Assembly: GCA_030141605.1 (NCBI GenBank)
Contig: JAQGDQ010000870.1
Coordinates: 22,427-86,426, forward strand
Reading direction: 5' to 3'
DNA: 64,000 bases
Source of the DNA: Tubiluchus corallicola
Lineage: Eukaryota > Animalia > Priapulida
The notes beneath the pieces are model-generated. The model worked only from the letters and a program-made list of their open reading frames with translations, was not told where the DNA came from and ran no database searches. The translations under genes and the position numbers were made by a program. Shown in pieces: positions 55,760 through 64,000 of the stretch; position 1 is the stretch's first letter, and each line of letters begins with the position of its first letter.

Positions 55760-56102
55760 TTACGGCGCGACTAGACTAGCGAGTTTTCTGTCGCGAGTTT
55801 TCTCTCTGACAGCCAAACTCACAAGTGTGAACTACGTTAACGAAAAGAAATTGCAAACGCTCAGATAGTTGTACGAGTTGATTTACTGTCTAATGTGAAC
55901 GCTCGGGTAGTTACTCTGGACACTTCTCCCAGTGAATAGAGAAGCGAGTGGTAATTCGCATTTATTGTCAGAGAATAACTCGCAGCAAGTTTTTTGTCAG
56001 AGACTAACTCGCAGCAAGTTTAACTCTCTAGTCTGAGCACACTTGTGAGTTACTTCACGAGTTTACTTGGGGAGACAATTCGCTAGTCTGAACGCCCCTT
56101 TA
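55760..56102. mobile_element. PIF/Harbinger-type MITE
   Basis: Imperfect ~20-bp TIRs (CGGCGCGACTAGACTAGCGA / TCGCTAGTCTGAACGCCCCT) flanked by TTA on both sides, with internal sub-terminal repeats (ACTCGC, CACAAGTGTG/CACACTTGTG). Confidence 0.65.
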
Positions 56103-58314
56103 GCTTCTAAGTGTACTACTGACAGCCGAAATTTGCATGCAAGATAATTCTGTTTATTCGCAGTAAAAAACTATGAAAGAAAACAGTTTTTTCGATTTTG
56201 TAATAATACCATAACTGTAATAGTTAGGGCAAATCCTACAAGCAATTAATTTAAGGGATGTAAAAGTTTTTTGACTTATTCCTACATGTAATTTTCCTCG
56301 TAGAATCAAATAACCATTACGTATCTCGCATACTTAAAGAGCTCAGATGCGCGATTAATTATGCGGAAATTTTACATACAGCTCCGAATTCATGTAAATT
56401 CGCAGTCCATACAAGATTTCTCCACTAGCGTTCTGTCTCTTCCTCCTTCTCCACTAACGATCTCTAGCATGGACAAACGTGTCTGTAGTCTGTTCTTGGC
56501 GCTCCCAGCTCTTCGTAAAAATGACGTTGTGTCTTGCTCGATGAGTTCTTTCTCGGTATCACGTAAAATATTAACAGCATTCACATCCTGAATAAGGTTG
56601 TCAAGTCCTTGATGGCTTAAAACCGCCTTCCGAGTAAGATTTTTGCTCTTTTATGCTTATTGCTCAGCATTAACTGCTGAGACTAAACGTAGATGAGTTC
56701 CTGTACAAAACGTTGATCTAGATAAGTTCAGATGTAGCTTTTTTATCATGTAGAGTTTGTGTACAGATGGTAGACATCTTGTATACAGCAAACTACGGAC
56801 AAGACACCAACGTTGATCAAAATTTAGTTACTTACAAACGTCACCGCGTATAGTACACCTAACAAAATGTACATATATAAACACTGTTCGGAACAATTAT
56901 TGTAGCTTTTTAGACTCTGAGTAGAAAATATTTTCTTTAGACGTGGATAATTTGTGACCAAAATTTCTTTATTCGAAAAGAAAAAGGTCATACATTACAA
57001 CTAACTAATCCCTCTCTCAACGAATTTACTTAGTTTCACCCGCTTAAACTGTATATAAGTCAATACAAAAAGCCGGGATTTTAATTTCCCGACCAGTAGA
57101 AAAATCTCCTTGCTCAGAAGACGTATTTACTGTTTTATTTCATGCTACACAGTATAATTCATTTAATCACATCTTTTACTCTATTATTCTATTCTATTAC
57201 TCTATTCTATACAAATTATTGTGCAGCATGAAGTAAATTAATGAATTAATTAATGGAATAAATAGCGCGTCTTTTAAGTAAGGAAAGGAGAGCCGTCCAT
57301 GCAAAACAAAAATGAGCGCACTTTACGTATTGCGACGGTGCCATTATATTTAATAATTATAATAATAACTACCATTAGCCGGTTAGAACTGGACTTTTTC
57401 ACATTTCACATTTTATTTCCCCTCCTGGCTTGTTGAAATTTTTTGTCAACATTTGCTTTGTGGCATAATCTTCTCAGCTTCCGTAATTGTCATATTAAAA
57501 TTCTCTCGAGGCGATTTAAATTTCACAACAAAATTTTAGATGGCACACGCTGTCACCATTATGAAGGCCGGAACAAATATCGTGACCTGATTCATAACCA
57601 ACAGCTTGGTGAATGTTACAGCATGTGACGAATTCACTAAAAGATGACGAAGACACAACAGTCAAGGCTATTCCAACTGCATTGCAGGCCCTCAGCAAAA
57701 ACAAAACAACTACGGCCTTACATATGTAGCCTAGGGAAAAAATAAAGGCGGTCAACAAAATTAAGCGATATTTTTATTCTTTCAAGAAAATCAGTGTTTA
57801 TATGACAGGACCACAAGAGCCTAAAACCGCCTTTAAGTGATCTTTTATCAACAAGGTAATACAAAGCTGTAGCCATTAGAATAAGAAGTACAAAAGGGTA
57901 CCACAGCCGAACTTGTAGAATTTTGCCTTTTTAGCTAATGCGTGCAGTAAATCTTTATTTTTCACATTCCTATTCATTAAAAATGGTGTTTTTGTTTTTT
58001 AGCAATGGACTGTGGTTGGCTGTACACTACACCTATTTAACATTTACTTGTGGTCCTGCTAAAAATGCTTGCTTACTTGAAAAATCCACCAAGGTCAACT
58101 TGATAGGCCCAATGTCAATGGAAAAGCTGAAAATGTTTTCCAAGTTTTATGAGACCTCTACCTATTTGCAAGTATGGGCAAAGTGTTGTTTTAGCAGATG
58201 TTTAATACGCGAATGTGTGCTTTTCCAAACGTCCAAATGAAATTGATCCACGGCAACTGAAATTGCCCATCTTACCAAGAAAAAAGAAGAGTAGAAAGAC
58301 TGGCCATTAGCCTT

Positions 58315-58450
58315 TTGGCTGCACAAGGTAATTTCAAATAGTTCTTGTAGCTCTTTGGAAATGTAGATGTATGTGCAGATGTGTGACTGGTAGACAAACT
58401 CCGCATCATTTATTGTTTGAATTTAGTCGGTACAATCAAGAGGAATGTTT
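58315..58450 (+). mobile_element. LINE ORF2 3' (zinc-knuckle) relic
   Basis: GNFK*FL*LFG...CRC..GRQTPHHLLFE matches the degenerate C-terminal CCHC region of I/R1-group LINEs. Confidence 0.4.
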
Positions 58451-58544
58451 TACTACCAACATTAAATATAAATCAAATTATATGCATCGTAACAGATACA
58501 GCATAAGAAAACCTAATTGTTATGTTGTGTCTCTGGTTATAGTA

Positions 58545-59510
58545 GTTCGACAATGCTACGTTTCGCCAGTGGTACATCTCACCAGCAAAATTTCTCTATC
58601 TTGTTGTTGTCTTGGCTTTATATAGAGTTTCTGTACGCCAAGGATACATTTCGCCAGAAAAATTCGTCTCTGATGTTATCACATTACTTATTCTTTATTA
58701 AAACGCTGAAGTTTTGATTGCAATGTTGCTGCTGCATTATTTCAGAAACGCTAATTAAACAAAACAAGTTCATGTTTCCTACTGTTCTTGTAATTATTAG
58801 CAAACAATAGGACATTTCCCAAGAAAGACAAAATTTATGAATTGTGGTAGATTCTTCTCCGTCCAAATGCGTACAACAATATGATCGTCTTTCAAAACTG
58901 TCAACGGGGCTTGAAAATATTATTGTTACGCAAAAGTTGCAATTTTACAAGCAAGCCTAATTAATTTTAATAACGGTGCTATAAACACATCCGATGATGA
59001 TCCTGTAACCGGAAGTCTTCTGTCTATCCCACTCACAAGTGGTCATTTGACCTCTTTTAAGATGTGGAAGATGTTTTTTGACAAGTAGTCGTTTGTCCAT
59101 GGTGGTCTTTGACCAATGGTCCTTTGACCGATTGTACTTTGGCTGGCGATCTGGTCGCCCTTTGACCGCTGGTCCTTCTAAATATAGATGACACCCATAC
59201 TATTATTAGATCTAGATTTATTTATTTATCTATTTGACACAATATTACAATAATTATACAAAATATTACAATTATAGAATTGACAATGCATTGCAGTACT
59301 ATGAGCGTATGAGCTACGTTCAACATGGATATGCTTTAATTAAGACATAAACAAACAACAGGTGCTGATAAATGAAGTAAAGCAACTGGATAAATGGAAA
59401 CGAGAAGACGATAATGACGATGAGGATAATGATGACAGCGATGGTGATATTAATGATAATGACAATGATAATGAATTGGTGACATTGATGGTCATGTTGA
59501 TGAAGATGAT

Positions 59511-59541
<31 letters not shown>

Positions 59542-59950
59542 AATATTAATAAAGACACACTGATGTGCTATATTAATGCCAAAGTGTAATAAGTACATTA
59601 GCGATATGTACTACTGGTGGATACTGAACAGTTTCCACTGGCGAAATGTACCACTGGTTAACTGAAACATTTGTTAAATGGAAAGGCAAATAATAAAAAC
59701 ACAGCAGTGCATTTTCACAGGTGAACCGAGACATTTTGATAATATAAGATGATGACGTAGCAAAGAAATTTTACCGGCGATAACTACTTCTGGTGAGGTG
59801 TATACTGGCGAACTCGAACATTTTGTTAAAAAATAAAGTAAAAACATATCAGAAAAATTCTACGGGCGAAATGCATCACTGACGAACTACACCAATGGCG
59901 AAGTGCGCCACTGGGGAACTGTACAACTGGTTAAATGTTTGGATACCATT
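58545..59950. mobile_element. Degenerate foldback-type DNA element with inverted sub-terminal repeat arrays
   Basis: TTTCGCCAGTGGTACA motifs at 58560-58660 face many CCACTGGCGAA / TGTACCACTGG motifs at 59630-59935. Confidence 0.45.
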
Positions 59951-61526
59951 TCGGTAGACGTTGTAGAACATGCATCTGGTTTCGGCTAGCCTCAAATAGC
60001 AGAGCTGGCTAAAAGCAGTATGGCTAAACGTCACATCGGCATATACTATTCGTAAGCGGTAGTGGGAATGAAAATTTTTTGTCTTTAAGCATCACAAAAT
60101 GTAGTGTGGAATCGAAATTTTTTTAAGCTGTTTAACTTTCCCATAGCTTGACATAACGTAATTTACCTCCTATATGACATGACACAACACGACACAGCAT
60201 AACACCCAACATCATAATACAGCAAAACATAATGTAGCATAACATTGCATAAGCATAGAATAACATAACGCAATGTAATGTAACGTATTATAATATAACA
60301 TAATAATAATCATGGCACCAACCTACAATTAATAAAATTTGAAACCAAAGTTGAAGAACAGGAATTGTGAAACAAATTTAACATTTCCAATGCCAAATTG
60401 CTCACACTAGAGTGATTAAATTAGTTACTTAGAGCTCAAATAAAATTTTATTTCAATAACACATGTAATTTATTATTTATTAATTTAATTTTTAATTTAA
60501 TTAGTTTAATTTTATTTTTAATTTCTTTTAGATTATTTGGGATTGGTTTATGCCGGCACGTAACGATTATTTTTTTACTTTTTTGTGATTTATTATCATA
60601 ATTTATTTTCAAACACACGCATGTACAAATGCAAAAGTGGCTCAACTAAAAATAGGCAGTTAAAGTAGTATATTGCAGTAAAATAATTTAAATATGTAGC
60701 ACGCAAAACAGAAACATGGAAAAGAATAAATTAAGAAATTGTTTGCGATTCAAACAATTTCTTGCAAGTCTGAATTAACTGAATTTGTCAGTTCAACTAT
60801 GTTTTGAAGTGAAGTTAAAAAAGACTTGAATCATCTGCAAAGTAATACAAGTAAGTAGTAATACATTTTTATTGTGATGTTTGATCTCGATGCACTTCAC
60901 AATAATTGTAGCCAATCAGTTACTATAATTGTACAACCGGCTAGAATCAGCGCATAAACAGTGTAAGTAAGACTAGTTAAGAAAGTTAAGAAAGATCACA
61001 CTAAAAACTGTAATGCTGTCTAAAACGATGGGATTTTAAATGTTTTTAAATTTTTGTAATGTTCATGACTGGACTGAGCTAATCGGTTCCAGATATCTGA
61101 CAATATGGGATCTTTAAGATAGAACAGGATAATGGCTTCAGAAATTTGTTACGTGCGTTTAACTGTGGGTGTATTTCATCAACTCTTTCATAGTATACTG
61201 TAGTCACGAAATATTTGGGTCTGTACATATAGTGACAATAACAATTGCATTTGTCAAAATCTGATTCCGAATCTAGGTCAGTGAAATCGAGAACGCAAAA
61301 CCGAAATTGTCAGCGTTTGCTGTGACTTTAATTTCGATTTCGATTTCACCTCTTCATGATGTCGCGATGTGGGTCATTGTGTCGTCGCATAGCGCTTGTC
61401 TCAACGTGGGAGCAATTGCAAAGAGTTACAATACAGATAAAAAATACTTTGATAAGCATGACCGCTTTATTCGGCTTACAAGTAAAGCCTATAAAGTGGG
61501 TGATTTATATCTAAATATCGCCCAGG

Positions 61527-61607
61527 TATAAAAGCAAGATTAGGTTAAATCACCGGCCAGACATTAGTGTTGTGTTGTGTTGAACAGTGTTTTGCTAAGC
61601 AAACAAG
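61527..61607 (+). promoter_or_regulatory. TATA box and non-coding exon 1 of the 147-aa gene
   Basis: TATAAAAG at 61527, TTAGT Inr-like at ~61564, donor AAG|GTAGGG at 61607, acceptor tgcag| at 61815. Confidence 0.7.
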
Positions 61608-61820
61608 GTAGGGAGAACAATTAATCAGAATTTAGCTGACCGTTAAAAACCTCATTTGCCTCAAGAAGTCTTTACTGTGTCGATTTAATTGACGCGATTG
61701 GTACATAATCTAAATATCATGAAACAATTGTTAAGTTCATATAGACTGGTTACATATTATTATTATTATTATTATTATTACATTTTTTATAAAATAATTT
61801 TGTGCTTTTCTGCAGGCACG

Positions 61821-63765
61821 ATGAGGTTACTACTGTTCATAGTTGGCTTATGCCTTGCCTTGATAGAAATGGTAAGTTTAATTTCAGTACAGATGCTTGT
61901 AAATAAACAGATATTTTCATGAGCCTTTCGTTATTTTTTTAAATACAGGTTTTGAATTTTCTATAGGTCTTTGTACATTAGCCTTATGTTTTAGGATGGT
62001 CTATGTTTACGTAAGTTTGCGTACAAGTACATTTCGAAATCACTTGTTTTCAATTAAGATCTTTTCTGATTTATATCCTATGACATGTTTTAGAATCTAC
62101 GAATTATTAGAAAAAAAAATGTTCGTTTTTATTCGCAATTTGAGGGCTATTCAATAAACTCAGTAAGCAGCAACAGCGCTTGAGGCTGCACTGGTCCGGA
62201 GAAACACAAAATTAGTATAATAGTTTAATCACTTCGGAAAACGTTCAATATTATGACTGTATTAAGTAACTAGTTTCATATTATATGTTCAAAAATTTCC
62301 CCAACCTATTGTAAAGCATGAAAACATTGGCAAAAATTTGGAAACAAACATAACTTTTTCGTGGAGAAACTTGAATCAGGTACTACTGTTTTGTTAATCC
62401 ACTTTCAACAAATAAAGATTATATATATAACTTTTTCGTACTACTATTATACTATTTACAAAACAAACAAAATGACGAACTGAATCGCTTATGTGCTCTA
62501 TCTTAGAACGGTATCCTTGATAATGAGCTACGTTCCAGTTTCGCCACAAAAATCAAAATTAAACAGATTGTCGTAGAATGCGGAATTGCGGCTTGCAGTG
62601 AGAGCAGTGTGCCGATGTGTATAAAAAGCGCGAATTAATTACATTAGACTTTACAGCATGTGAACCGTGAAATATGAACGACCTTTTGCAAAACGCCAAA
62701 GGCTTTTATGTCGCCTTTTGTCGCTTTTAAATTGTCATTATTAAATCAATATACTTAACATGGTCCCAATGATCAATAAGCCTCGAATGGGCAAGCCAAG
62801 CAAGCCAAAATATATAAAATTGTTGACCTAGTGATAGCGGACAAAGTTTTACAAAATGTACCAGAGCGTGGTCTATAAAAACTACAGTCAAGAAAGCAGA
62901 GATTCAAAATAGTACTTATGACAGTGCGAGTAAAAAGTATGCTGTTCTACTAGTTTTTGAAAAACAGTATTTTTTTTAATTTGAAATCGCCAATTTGCAG
63001 GTGTTAGCGTCAGGTGGCTATGGTGGCCCCTATAATGGCGATTACTACGGTGGTCCATACGCTCGTGGGGACTACCACAGTGATATCAACGGACAGTACG
63101 GACACGGACACGGCAAGGCAAACCATCGTGGAGAATACAGCACACATAGAGGCGATTACTACAAAGACAAGGGCAAATACAACACGAGAGACGACGGACA
63201 GTACTATAACAATAGATACAATAACATCGGCTCAAATGGTCAATATCAGTAAGTTACAAAGTGATAATCTTTAATGATAAGAACTTGTGAAATTAATGGA
63301 AAAATGAAGCGTTTTTTTCAGTCAGGAGATACTCCAGTAACTCCACTGTATCTTTCCCTTTTTGTTGGATTTATTTAATAATATAGGAGAGCTTTAGATT
63401 TCCCACTTTGCTTTAATGTCTATATTTGCTCATACTACAAGACTGTTCGCCTAAATTTCTACAAAAATCATTTACTCAGATAATAACTTTTGAAACAAAA
63501 GCACCCACTTACAGATGTTCTTTTGCCCATCAGGTATCAATAATTCAGACCCTCCGATGAAATTCAATTTTCGTTGATGTTTTTACTCATTTAATTATTA
63601 ATTAATTAATTACTTTGCAGAAATGCATATGGAGCCGATTTCTACGGAAAGCACAAGAATAACAACTACGTGAGGGGAACAGCGTGGGGTCACAGTGACT
63701 TCCACCCGACACACGGTCTGTTCTACAGGAAACTATACGCTCCAGTTTACAGTTACCCTTGGTAG
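61821..63765 (+). CDS. Small secreted Gly/Tyr/His-rich protein, 147 aa; exons 61821-61871, 63001-63248, 63621-63765
   Basis: Signal peptide MRLLLFIVGLCLALIEM|VLA. Canonical GTAAGT donors and tgcag acceptors keep frame (444 nt). The last exon reads NAYGADFYGKHKNNNYVRGTAWGHSDFHPTHGLFYRKLYAPVYSYPW*, homologous to the last exon of the 44700 gene. Confidence 0.9.
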
Positions 63766-64000
63766 ACTGACACTTTTAGTTTGCTTGTTTGCTGTCATGT
63801 CAGTGTGTATAGCCGCATGTTGTAGAGGAAGAAGAAGAAACGAAAAAGAAGAAGATTAAACTTGTACAGTAAATGTAAATATTACAACTCGATTCGTAAA
63901 GGCAACGTGATATAATTTTCATCCCATTACCTCATTATTATCATTATCATCACTGTCGTCAGCGTTTGGCAATTGCCACTCTAAACTTCACTTGTGGCTA

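Noticed and set aside
56390-56865. Possible decayed LTR-retrotransposon gag fragment (- strand, ...LIQDVNAVNILRDTEKELIEQD...)
   Set aside because: Helical, coding-like and interrupted by stops, but no diagnostic motif or paired LTRs could be identified.

Overview
AT-rich, microsatellite-dense, intron-rich animal genomic DNA. It is probably an arthropod or other ecdysozoan, judged from TATA + TCAGT-type promoters and an ace-1-like C-terminal exon; the taxon cannot be fixed from sequence alone. Six protein-coding genes can be assembled by hand from splice signals. (1) A secreted acetylcholinesterase-like carboxyl/cholinesterase (- strand) with a GGSAG nucleophile motif. (2) A head-to-head 19-exon M1 aminopeptidase N-like gene (965 aa) with intact GAMEN and HEXXH(18)E motifs, but Ser in place of the conserved transition-state Tyr. 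(3-6) A ~40-kb cluster of four secreted low-complexity structural-protein genes: a GGGYGG-rich protein, a P/Q/V-rich protein, a 933-aa R/P/Q/H-rich protein and a 147-aa G/Y/H-rich protein. The last two share a ~106-aa, gap-free, ~40% identical His/Tyr/Gly-rich C-terminal domain. It is split by introns, so the ORF track does not show it whole, and I cannot assign it to a known family. Intergenic and intronic DNA holds a decayed LINE, several MITEs (Tc1/mariner-, hAT- and Harbinger-like), SINE relics and many simple repeats. Most short ORFs in the track are microsatellite or antisense artefacts.
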